From: Trichoplax sp. H2
Lineage: Eukaryota
Reading direction: 5' to 3'
Assembly: GCA_003344405.1 (NCBI GenBank)
Contig: NOWV01000001.1
Coordinates: forward strand, 372,001 to 436,000
Length of the DNA: 64,000 nucleotides
Shown here: positions 1-11,600 of the stretch, piece after piece
How positions within the stretch are numbered: the first letter of the stretch is position 1
Layout: each line of letters starts with the position of its first letter
Notes under the pieces: generated by a model
Seen by the model: only the letters and a program-made list of their open reading frames with translations
The model's database searches: none
What the model was told of the DNA's origin: nothing
Program-made: the position numbers and the translations under genes

Positions 1-11
1 GGTGTGTGACA

Positions 12-349
12 GTAGGATACCTTAAATCAACACTGTCGAGGCAAGTTTTCCTAATGCACGTGAGAATGTACTTACATCTACTGCATTATCATGCTAAAGC
101 ACGACGACATGGAATGTGCTAACGTCAGGATGTCGAAAGGTTTACACATGTACTTTGCTGAGATAGCATCGTATAGTTAGGTAGGATACCTTAAATCAAC
201 ACTGTCGAGGCAAGTTTTCCTAATGCAAGTGAGAATGTACTTACATCTACTGCATTATCATGCTAAAGCACGACGACATGGAATGTGCTAACGTCAGGAT
301 ATCGAAAGGTCTACACATATACTTTACTGAGATGGCATTGTATAGTTAG
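12..349. repeat. Tandem duplication, 2 x 169 bp, near-identical copies
   Basis: Unit GTAGGATACCTTAAATCAACACTGTCGAGG...TATAGTTAG occurs at 12-180 and again at 181-349 with a few substitutions. A third partial start (GTAGGAGGATACC) follows at 350. Confidence 0.95.
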
Positions 350-1123
350 GTAGGAGGATACCTGTCTCATACGATGACACCTCTCTGTATACAGTTGCTC
401 GTACTTCTATGCGTACACATATACCAAATTTGAAAAGATTTATCGTCATAAGCGACTATCTAAACTAGAAATTTCATCAATTCACTAAAATAGGACATTA
501 CAAAGCCTTGCATGCTACATGTGCTGTCCTCCAATAAAACGAGTTCACTTTGGTCGAATCATCAAAATGCAATGATAAAACTTTTTATTAAATGTTTGCG
601 AGATGGTAGTTCAATATTACCACATTTGCGCTTTGGAGCCTACGGCATACAAGTATCTCGTATGTCATGATAAAAGCTCGTACATGCTTGTACAAACACA
701 TAAAATTGCTAATTCAAGCTAGCTTGGTATGCAAGTTGTTTTGTGGTAAACTGGTCATACATACATACATAACTTAAACTTGACCAAGAAACGGTGTAAT
801 TTTAACTACTGTACTAATTATTACTATAATGCATTGCACATGACATACCTATAATATATCTATCATCGACGATAAAATAGTGACTTGTTTTCCATTACAA
901 CTGCCAATTACAATAGCAAGAAATAATTAGCTCATCACGATGAGCTAATTGCTACTTGAAATCAGCACCAATAGATATTGTAGTGCTCGCTTTTGTTTCA
1001 TTCTCCGTACCCACAATGCATGGATGTTCGCGCAAATGACTTTCAATTTCATTTCTCGGATAATTTAATGGGATGAAGCGCTTAATAAAATGTCTCTAAT
1101 GAAGCTAATTGGATCATAGAAAG

Positions 1124-3700
1124 TTACTTAACGGTTATTGTCAATTGCGGAAAAGATAACATAATATTTATCTTAGGTGCCATGACGCAAAGAAGAAACG
1201 ACATTGCACAAGCAACTAAGCTAAAAGAAGATATGCCTGCTTGCCATGGGCCAAATGTAATAAAATAGGTCAATACCATAAATGTAAATATACACATATT
1301 AATACAACATGCAACGCACAAGTATTTAGCATCTGCAAAATTATCTGGACAATGGCGCCCTTTTATAGCTAAACCTAAATAAATAACGTTTAATATTCCA
1401 ATATAACTTAAGCTAACAATAGGGCCAACAAGACTTTGAAAATGGCACATTTCATAAATTTTATAATTGAAATCTATCCTCATATATGTCGCAATAGGAG
1501 ATAAAATTAACCATAACAGGACGATAACTATTTGAATGCAGAGTAAAAGAATAACTAGCAATGGTTGTCCTTTAGTTTTAAAGTGCTCACTATAGCGACA
1601 AGATGCCATGACTTCTGAAAATAAAGCTACAACAGCACTTGTCATTGATAAACCAATCGCTGTTAACAAAGTTGCTGAGGTTGTATACGTGACAATGGTT
1701 ACCATACAAAATTGACGGTTACGTGGTAGTAAGAATACATAGGATGATGCCAGCATATATAATAATACAATATAGCTCATATGAATTAAAATGGAGTTTG
1801 ATGAAAATATCACTTGATGATGCCTATGTAAGATAGTAATGATCCAAAATGATATTACTATAGAGCCACATATAGCTAATATAACCATCAACGTTATTGA
1901 TAGCAAGCCTCCTATATCGATCGTTACTGGAACTGCCTTCACACATGAAGTATGATTACTATTCGGAAGATAACCATATGGGCACACATGACATTGCTCT
2001 GCGTTAGTTCTATTCGATATTGAACTAATATAGCAAGATATGCACTTCCAACAGCATTTATCATTCGAAAAACTATCACGATATGTTCCTGGTGGACAGT
2101 CACTTGAACAAGCAGAAATCGGAACACCTGAATGTAAACGAGCCTTATTCCACACTATTACGCTGTCGTTTATAATGGCTTGACCGGTTGTAAGCCATGC
2201 TCCGATTGTTTTTGAAACAACATTCTTACCATTAGGTTGTAAGTTAACAATATTGTAGCGAATATGAACTGGATTGCCATTCTGGTTAAAGGAGAAATTT
2301 TCTCTAGATGCATCTACAAACGATACATTAAATAGATATGCAACTAATTTCTTAGTATCAAATTTCTCTTCAGGCAAAGATTGGCAGTGGTCGCGATTAC
2401 ATTTCAGCATATCATGTAAGGCGTGAGCTACTGCATATATTGCATTAAATATGAAAGCTGATGTTATCGTCTGCGAATTAGTAATTTTACTGCTATCATT
2501 CCAGGCCGATACTGGAATACATGCATTCACTGGTATATCGCCTTTAGCTACATTGGATCGAAAGTAAGTTTGAAACCAAGGATTTCCGGAATTGTTACAT
2601 GCTGTTAAACTTTTAATATAAGACTCAAATTGGTATTGTTTGCTTGAACCCAATGTAAGTCCAATAGTACCACCGATAATATCAGAATCAATTTCCGAGA
2701 TTATAGACGATGATTGACTCCATGATATTGGCGCAATATAAGTAATACCGGTAAAATTGGCTATAGTCGCTTGAATAAAATATTCATGAGCCATTTTAGC
2801 ATTGCTCGCTATGAATACAACCGTCACTTTTAATGCTCTTAGTTCTTTAATTATACTTTGAAGTTGGCTTGCAGTTGGACGCTTTGGAAAAAGTATCACT
2901 TTTGAAATACATACATTCTTTTCCTTGGCAGATCTTTGAAACTCTTCCACTAAACTATTACCATAATCATCATCCTCCCACAAAACCGCGGTGTAATTCC
3001 AACCAAAGTAATGGATAACAGCGGTCACTGCACGGCCCTGAAAACTGTTAGATGGTACTGTTCTAAAAAATGTGGTAAATTCGGTCTTATCACTTAGAAG
3101 GGAACTTGTTGCCAAAGGACTCACTACAGGAACATGTAAATTCGACAGCAATGTACCAACAATAAACGCTTCAGAACTATACAGTGGACCAATAACAGAG
3201 ATAATTTTATCACGATTAACGTTATTATTGCCTTGGCTATCTGTTTTTATCTCCGTACTACTGTCGGTACCATTGCCGCATACATCACTAGTACAATTTT
3301 GGTACGAATCACTCGATGATGGAGTATCTGCAGTATTACAGTTAGATGATCTTTCACTTCGATCGTCGTAAAAATAATTAATTGATTGGCGTAGAGCTAC
3401 AGTACGACTAACGCAAGTATCACGAATTTCATATCCAAGAGTAATATTTGGTAATATCGCTGGATTCTGATTAATAGAATGAATCGCATAAATCATAGAT
3501 TGTACTCTCATAATATTAGTTATATCTAAATTTTTACATTTCTCTGTCGCAGCATCATAGCTATTATGAATTGGCACCAGACCACCCAAAGATAAATCGC
3601 CATTCAACTTACCTACTGTGGTATAAGGATCTGAAAGAATTGTTGCTGATCCATAAGTAGTAAGAAAAGTAATGATACCGATAAAGCAATTGATCATCAT
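1124..3700 (-). CDS. Class C GPCR (mGluR/CaSR/T1R-like), single exon, 858 aa
   Basis: Hydrophobic N-terminus. Venus flytrap motifs GDLSLGGLVPIH, LPNITLGYEIRDTC, VIGPLYSS, LSDKTEFTTFFRTVPS and NAIYAVAHALH. Nine-cysteine domain (CSSDCPPG...CCWKCISC...CHVCP...C). Seven hydrophobic segments with PDNFADAKY and a TM7 PK motif; very short C-tail. Confidence 0.95.
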   Translation of the reverse strand: MMINCFIGIITFLTTYGSATILSDPYTTVGKLNGDLSLGGLVPIHNSYDAATEKCKNLDITNIMRVQSMIYAIHSINQNPAILPNITLGYEIRDTCVSRTVALRQSINYFYDDRSERSSNCNTADTPSSSDSYQNCTSDVCGNGTDSSTEIKTDSQGNNNVNRDKIISVIGPLYSSEAFIVGTLLSNLHVPVVSPLATSSLLSDKTEFTTFFRTVPSNSFQGRAVTAVIHYFGWNYTAVLWEDDDYGNSLVEEFQRSAKEKNVCISKVILFPKRPTASQLQSIIKELRALKVTVVFIASNAKMAHEYFIQATIANFTGITYIAPISWSQSSSIISEIDSDIIGGTIGLTLGSSKQYQFESYIKSLTACNNSGNPWFQTYFRSNVAKGDIPVNACIPVSAWNDSSKITNSQTITSAFIFNAIYAVAHALHDMLKCNRDHCQSLPEEKFDTKKLVAYLFNVSFVDASRENFSFNQNGNPVHIRYNIVNLQPNGKNVVSKTIGAWLTTGQAIINDSVIVWNKARLHSGVPISACSSDCPPGTYRDSFSNDKCCWKCISCYISSISNRTNAEQCHVCPYGYLPNSNHTSCVKAVPVTIDIGGLLSITLMVILAICGSIVISFWIITILHRHHQVIFSSNSILIHMSYIVLLYMLASSYVFLLPRNRQFCMVTIVTYTTSATLLTAIGLSMTSAVVALFSEVMASCRYSEHFKTKGQPLLVILLLCIQIVIVLLWLILSPIATYMRIDFNYKIYEMCHFQSLVGPIVSLSYIGILNVIYLGLAIKGRHCPDNFADAKYLCVACCINMCIFTFMVLTYFITFGPWQAGISSFSLVACAMSFLLCVMAPKINIMLSFPQLTITVK

Positions 3701-5678
3701 ATTGGGTTACACGCTAAGATGGAAGCATAAATTAAGATGATTAATCTCTTAAAACGATCGCTTGATTCTAGTATTGGTTGTTTTTGGACAATTTTCCTGC
3801 AGGAAATATCTGTCTTTCTAATATAAATAGTTAAACTACCAACTGAATAGGCAAGCTATATGAACATGTTACTATACTAACATGAAATGTTAGGGGACTT
3901 AAAAAGCGTAAATATCTTATTAATGTTCACAAAGTGTTTAACTATGTATTAAAAGATCTGAAATATTTATGTAATACTACTAAATAGGTATCTTGTAAAG
4001 CAGAAAACAAAAACGCAACAGTCTGCTAAAACAGTTGGTTTATTAATTTAATTTTCATTCCTGACAATAATATTCTTCTCCGTTTACGTCATCAATTAAG
4101 AAGAAAATATTTTGCAATATGGTTTCAGACAAATCAATTTTACTTGTAAATCTCCATGTATTTAGATTTTCGTACAAATAAAACTTATCTTAATCGAATA
4201 ATAAATAATATTATCGCCCCATTTTATTGTACTTCAATTCAAAGAAATTGGTTTACCTTTTATAAAATATTACAAGAAAACATTTACAAAGCTAAAGTTT
4301 TTATTTCTTGTAATTACACCTCAATTCTTAGTTACATGATATCAAGAATTTATAACGGAAGTAAACCTTAAAGTTAAGATGGAATAATGAATATAATATT
4401 TCTTACCTCTTAAAATAATCATGATCATTGGGCATTATATAATATTGATATGATTAATTTTTAATAAAATTAAATGAATTTTTGTCATGACTTTTATTGA
4501 AAAACTTGAATTATGACAACATTTCTGATACCTTGCGGCTAGGTATTAAATTATGACACTTCCATATCCTTAAATCATAACTCATAATATTATTATTGTG
4601 CAACAATTGACGCTTTTTTGAGCTAAGCGCCGGTGAAGATCACTACAACATTTCCATACGTAATTTAGCATTGTTAACCCTAGTAATACTATAAGTTCTA
4701 CAACGATGACCTATCGAACCAGTTAGTTTTACAGATAAATTAAGTAGTTTGATAGATTAATTCTATTTTATAGCAGATTTAAAACTATAAACATAACAGT
4801 ACCAATCGCTAACACTTTATAAAACCTAATTTGATATTTTATCGATATTATTAAACTAACCGATTACACTTGGCTAGTTATCGCTTAAAACCATACTATT
4901 TAATAGCCTCCCGCGGATAGGTAAATTGAGAAGGATTCGAATATCGTTTATACAACTTTATAGCATGTATATATTCAGATTATATCAAGCCAACGCCATC
5001 ATCTTAAGCAATCATTTTATGCATTATATAACTATAGTACATACAAGAATATGCGTTAAGAGCTATAGTGTAGCACTATAAGGGTAATTTGTCCTTGACC
5101 ACGTCTGTAAAATTTAAATTATCGTCATATTTTCAAATGGTAAATCCATTTATTAAAAATATACGTTGCAAAATTACAATTAATAAGCAAAGATGCAACA
5201 GCCAATATGTAAAATAGTTAATTATAATTATGATTGCTAATAGATACGATGTAATAAAATAGCAAAGCTAAGCTCTTTCACGAATATGGACACTAACTTA
5301 CTTGAATTCCGATCGTGATTATTAAGATGAGATGTTAACAATGAAATAAATATGATGATTCGGTTGGCACAATATCAGTATAGCATAAAAATATTTATTA
5401 TCGATAGAATATTATCTAGCTGATAGAATGGAAGGCATTAAATAAAAATAATTAATTATAAGAGTATTTATTGCAAATAAATATCCATGATAACGTACAT
5501 TTTATGCCATACCGAGTATAAACCGGTATGATAATCTAACCTCCCTACTATAATAGCCTGGCATTTTATTACCGAATTATTAAATCTGAAATGAGTCATA
5601 AAGTGAATAACCATAGCATAAACTGTCGGTGTCCCATGATGTAGCTTCAGTGATACTCTATCTTAACTATTACATAGA

Positions 5679-8600
5679 TTATGAGATCGGAACTTTCTTC
5701 CAGATGGTTATATAATTTCCCAATAATGGATTCGATAACGCAATGCTATTACCGTTGGCTATCTTTTTGTTATCGATAAGATTAACGCAAGCCAGCAAAT
5801 CGAACCTAAAACATCCAATGCCAACATATAAGTTATAAAAAATAACACCTATTGATGATTACATTGGTTTTAACTTCTTGCTACATACACAAAGCGAATA
5901 TCAACTATTTAAACTGTACGCTTGTTATCAGAAGAGATCTTCACCGAAGCAGACAATTTTATTTATTATCTTCGTTCTTAATCGGTATACTTACTCATCT
6001 TTCATGCTATCCATTAACTGTTCAGAATTTACGTCTGAAATATTGATAACCACAATTCCATCATCCTTTACTATTTCGTTCAATCGAATCAACCAGCCTA
6101 TACAGTACGACAAAATTAATTGTATTTTAGCGTTAAAAGGTCCATCTGTTACCCCTACATTCTGATTTTATTCTCACTAAATCATACAGCCATTAATATG
6201 ACAAAATCAATTTTATCTAATTTACTATCTATAATTTTATTCTAATAGCGTGCTGCATTGATAAGCATTTGTATAAATCGCAAGGAAAAATATGCTTTTA
6301 CGTACATAAACATACGACAGTACTTTGTTATAATAAAATACTTGAAAAATTTAAAAAAACTTAAACTAATAGTTATGCATTTCTAAAGACAACAAATATA
6401 AAAAGCTACAATAATAAGTATGTGTTTGTCAGAGTTCGTAAAATATTCTAGATTTAAATGTAATTTCTTACTTTTTCTGTTGTTTACTCGATCCAAACAG
6501 GTTAAAAGAACAAGGTCGTGATTCCCAACTTCGTTAGGTAGCCAACTTAACTTTAAAATTGAATTGCAAAGATTACTGTTTAGTATAGACGATAAAGAAG
6601 ATATTGACTATAAATCTATGTTCCATATAATCTATAATTAACATGTGATTAATTTATAACGGTATGATCTCAGTAATAAATTTCAGTAAAATTCAGTATT
6701 TTCTAAGGGTGTGAAAAATCTATGTCTTCGATACTGAGTTTGGCTATATCGAAGTAATTTGTAAAATGGCTGGTATCGAACATAGTAAAGCACGGTATAT
6801 GCTATGACGTCGTAATTAATTGAATTAGTGCCGACAAATACAGGTGTCAAAATGAATAAATCTCAAATCATTATATCTATCTATATTACTCCTTCTATTA
6901 AAAGTTTCGAGTAGTGATTCAATTCTTAATTATTAAATAGTTATGACTAAAAAGATACACTATTATAATAGAGAACGCAATGTTTCTTTATTGAAATCAA
7001 AAAAGTATGGTACTAATTGCTTAACGTAAAAAACAGCTACCACATAAAGACCTATTAAATTAAATCTAGACAGTATTAGTCAGCTTAATAACCTAATTCT
7101 ACCTGCTTAAATGCTACTCGATCAAGGTTAATATTTGAGTCTATGCTAATTGTCAGTGAGTCATTTAAGCCTGCAAAATCAAAATTTGCCGATCCTTTCT
7201 TTGCAATATTCAGACAAGCACTGATAAATTTTCCACAATAGTCAAGCCCCAAGACCTATCAAGAACATACAGTTTAAAAATAAATGAATTATTAAACACT
7301 AACTGTCTTGCAAGTTTAATTGGTTTCGTTTCAACGATACCAATTTTGTATTTACCTTTCGATATATTGTACTTAATTCAAAAGCTAGCCTTCCAGTGCC
7401 ACAACCAATTACTAATGCAGAATCTGTAGCTATGCCATACGTTTTAGGTATGAGCAACATCTTTTCAACTAATATCTCGGTCATTACACCGTAAAGACTG
7501 TGAATGTTCTATACAAAAGAAGAGTTATATAAGGGGTTTTAGAGGATTGAATTGTATTACAGTGAAATTAAATAGTGCAATATGATATCAGTCCTATAAC
7601 TCTAATATATGTTCTCTTACATCAGTATCGGAATATTGAAACCGAAGCATATCATATAACATTTGATCGGTTTCGAACTTAAATTGAACATTAGAGCTAA
7701 TTTGCCCGCAAATTTCAATACGGTTGTCAGAGTAGTATTTGGTATATTCCTCTAGAAATTATCGATATAAGATATTGTCATGATATTTTGAATTTGCATT
7801 ATCAACCATTGCAGCAGCTATCAAGATAAATTTTGAAGAATCACTACTTAATTATATTACCATTTTCATGAAATGCTTTACTTCTATATCGCCCACATAT
7901 GCCTCTACAATTTATAAATATCCTACGGGCAATTTATGATAACTATTCAACTACTGTATAATATAATAAAGTACTGTTATTCTGTTCATATTATTATTAT
8001 GAATATTTGCAGCTATAAATAGCATAAGTAGACCGATATATTACCGTGGCATTGCTGGCTAATCTCTGTATCAAGTAATACAATAGGAGGGAGCGTTCGA
8101 GGATTGCTTTTTACTACTCGGAACCCGGCATGTTGAAAGAAATGTCTCCTAAAAGCTAGTCGAAAAAATTGAGAGGCCGATTCACCAGTAGTTGCCCAAG
8201 AACCGAACTGCAATGTTCAAAAAATAATATTATTACAAGTATTCTACGTAAAATAAGTGTATGAAAATTAGTAGGAAAAGGCTGTAAACTAACCATCATT
8301 AAGTTATGCCTTCCATCAAACGCGTTGCTTGAGAAATCATCATAATACGGATGAGTACGAAATCCAGGAAGCCCGTTATAATGATCTTCCGTCCATTCCC
8401 ATACGTTACCCATAATATCGTAAAATCCGGTCACAGTTGGAGGATATAAATTAACTGGCTACAAGGGCAGAGTAGAAGTGGCAGTCATAAACGTAATCAA
8501 ATATCGGTATTGCTTATCTGATTATAGCAGCAGATATCTATATTGCGTACCGTTGAACTGCAATACTGAAAGTTTAAATTCCAATCTGGGACTTTATCGA

Positions 8601-11600
8601 AGGCTACATCATAAGCTACGGAGGGATTTGGAGGTAACTAAAATTAAATACAATGCATTTAATCGCATGATAATATAAATTGTGATGCTGTAAATAGTCA
8701 TGAAATAAAAATGAAATGTAAAGATGCGTAATAAAGCAATTTTGAATTCATCTACCCAGATGTTTTAAAGCTGAAGGTTTTACATCTATTAAAATAGCTA
8801 CAGTTATATAAGCGATCGACTTTTAGATTTCAGAGAGTGCCTTAGTACTCATGCATCACATTATCATAATAATCAGTATTGTTAAAGGACTGCCTAATAG
8901 ATTACGTCTGCTATGTGCATAGTAAAATCAATGGTCCTAAGAATTCATCACGTACATTTTGATCTAGCATTCTATGATATTCAGCTTCACTTGGTAGTCG
9001 ATAGTCTTTACCTAACCAGGTACAATATGCTTTTGCTTCATGATAGTTGACTTCAACAGGCCATTCCATCGGCATAGTAATGACATCAAAAGTCGTACGA
9101 TATCTTTAAAAAGATAGAAATGATTGTGATTACTATGCTCTTAATTTAATAGCCTTTATAGAGATTAATAAATTGCACATGATTACGCTAGCGCAGCTAT
9201 ATCATAATGATAAATATCCATCTTATATCGGGTAACTAAATTCTATGGTAGATGCATATAGAACACTTCTACTGCATTTGACAAAATTGCTAACACACAT
9301 ATCTAATATAAATGCCAAAATTCGTTGCCACATCAGTAGCTAAAGAACGAGGCATTATAGATATTTAAAATTTTATATACTTGAATTTGGATGTCAGGTC
9401 TTCTTGATTATGATAATTGAAATCATTATCGAAAAAACGTGGCTGACAATGGGAATATTCACTAAGATTTCCACCACAACCCGATTTGCAGCCTAATTTA
9501 TTAATTGAAGTTAGTATAATAAAAGATTTTAGTTTTCACTGATATTAATAAAATTTAAGACTGTTACTACGATCGGACAAGATTATAACGAAGCATCACC
9601 GGTTAAATGTAGATTTTTATACTCTTTTATACGTGTCGTATGTTTAAGGTTACCTTTATCACAAATCCAAAAGACTGGATGATGTGCCTTGCGAAATATT
9701 TTCCAATTCCACCCTAATTAGGTTACATTTCAATATATATTTATCTCAATATGATTGTAGACAATGCATATAATTTACCTCTTTTGAAACTGATTTAAAT
9801 ATTATTACTTATATTTCATTCAATACCGTATCGAGAATACGACTATACCTTCGTTCGACCAAAATTCTCTCCTTTCGTATCCGCCGTCCTTAACAAACTT
9901 CAAGTATTCACCGTTGGTAATTGGATATTTAGTGGCTTGAAAAGGTGAAACACTAATAGCATAATTTACAAGCAATAAAGTCATTCCATGTACGAGTATG
10001 CTAATCGAATAAACAATCAGATAGTCGATAGAATACTTTAGACGATATTATATTGTATGGAAAAAATATCTTAATTGTAATTTCTATATTTTACTAGTGA
10101 AGATATTTATCTATCTTTAGCTTTAGTCTACTCAAGTAAACAATACAGTCTAGTGATTAGCATTAGCAAATGAGAGTTAGTTACCATAACTTTTTACTAT
10201 GGCAATTTTTTACTAATGATCCAATTCTATAGATATCCACACTTACTGAGATAGCAGTTCACCATATTCATTATCCCAGCCGAATGATGGGAACGCATCT
10301 GGCCTTCCAAGTCTAACATCTTTCTGGTCGACGGCAATAAGATTATTATCACCAGCGTTTTCTATTTTCGTTTGAAAGGACATAACGCAATTATATAACA
10401 TGAAACCAATATCACGATACAAGTTGTATTTAGAAAGGCTTGATATAGTAAATTAAATTTGAATTTAAATCATCGTAGTTGCTGACCATTCGCTTGGTAA
10501 GATGCATAGTGCCAATCATTCGGTTTAGCAAGCATATCTACTGGCAATTGACGGAAAAGCACAGAAGAAGTCTCAAAATGCAACCTAAAAAATAACATCA
10601 AAGTGCAGAAATCTGTTTCAGACTAAATTATTGAAAGATACTTAGACTGCGTCTTTGTATATTTCGGTGCATTATCAAGCTATAATTTTCTTATAATGTA
10701 CACATTTTCTTACGTAACAAGGAGGAATGTAGTAGATATATTTCGATAATACATAATACTTGAGTTGATAATTACAGTAAGGATAAAGATGAATGATTTT
10801 TGTCAAAATGAAATTATTGTAAATTATCCTACCTTTCATGTTCAATGGATAAAAAGAGTGCCCACTTTGATAGATTGTTGTATTCAAGCCAAGACATAGT
10901 TAGAATAAGGAGTATCGAAATGTTAAGACGAACTGACAGATAGATACCCTACATCGGGTTCTATCGATAAAAAATTAACAGAAAGGGTAATTTATGGTGT
11001 TATGTATGAGGACTTTATTGAGTAATTCGATACTCGCTACTAGGTGCATCGCTATAATGTATATCTAATGCAATAAGTTTATAACTGGAATTCTGCTAGT
11101 TTAACAAATCAATTTTAATCCATATAACACGGCATAATATTCTGATATGTAAATTCGAAACGTAAGCACTAGACTGACAATTTCCTTTTGCATAACCCAT
11201 TTTAATTGAAACTGCGACGAAATTTTATCATAAGACGTTATAATAGCAGCACTAAATCACTATCTTGAATTGAAGGCAATAGAATTACAAACTGTATGAT
11301 AGTAAAAATTTCTTGTACTGACAGAGTACTGTAGATAATTTTGTAACACTATTAATATTTGAGAAACATTATCTTGCTTAATTCTTTTTGATAATCGCTA
11401 TAACATAGCTATAGTAAAATGCCGTATAATCATATCGAAAATATCTTAATACGGGTACTAGGTTTTTAAGGTGCCTTGGCAATGCTCTATGGCTAGTCTT
11501 AATACTCAGTTTTGAAGAAAGAATTTAGCTAGTTATTTACAAAGCTCCTATACTTTAACTGTAGATTTTATACATTTATAGTTCTTGCTTTAAAGAAATC

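Noticed and set aside
3072..3371. Antisense or alternative-frame ORFs over real exons (also 31245-31436, 46224-46505, 48267-48494)
   Set aside because: These are shadow frames of the GPCR, RIC1 and DOT1L coding sequence.
7861..7904. Possible extra 42-44 nt OvoA exon
   Set aside because: Keeping the frame needs a weak GAG acceptor either here or at the next exon, and the flanking exons already join in frame without it. Unresolved without RNA data.
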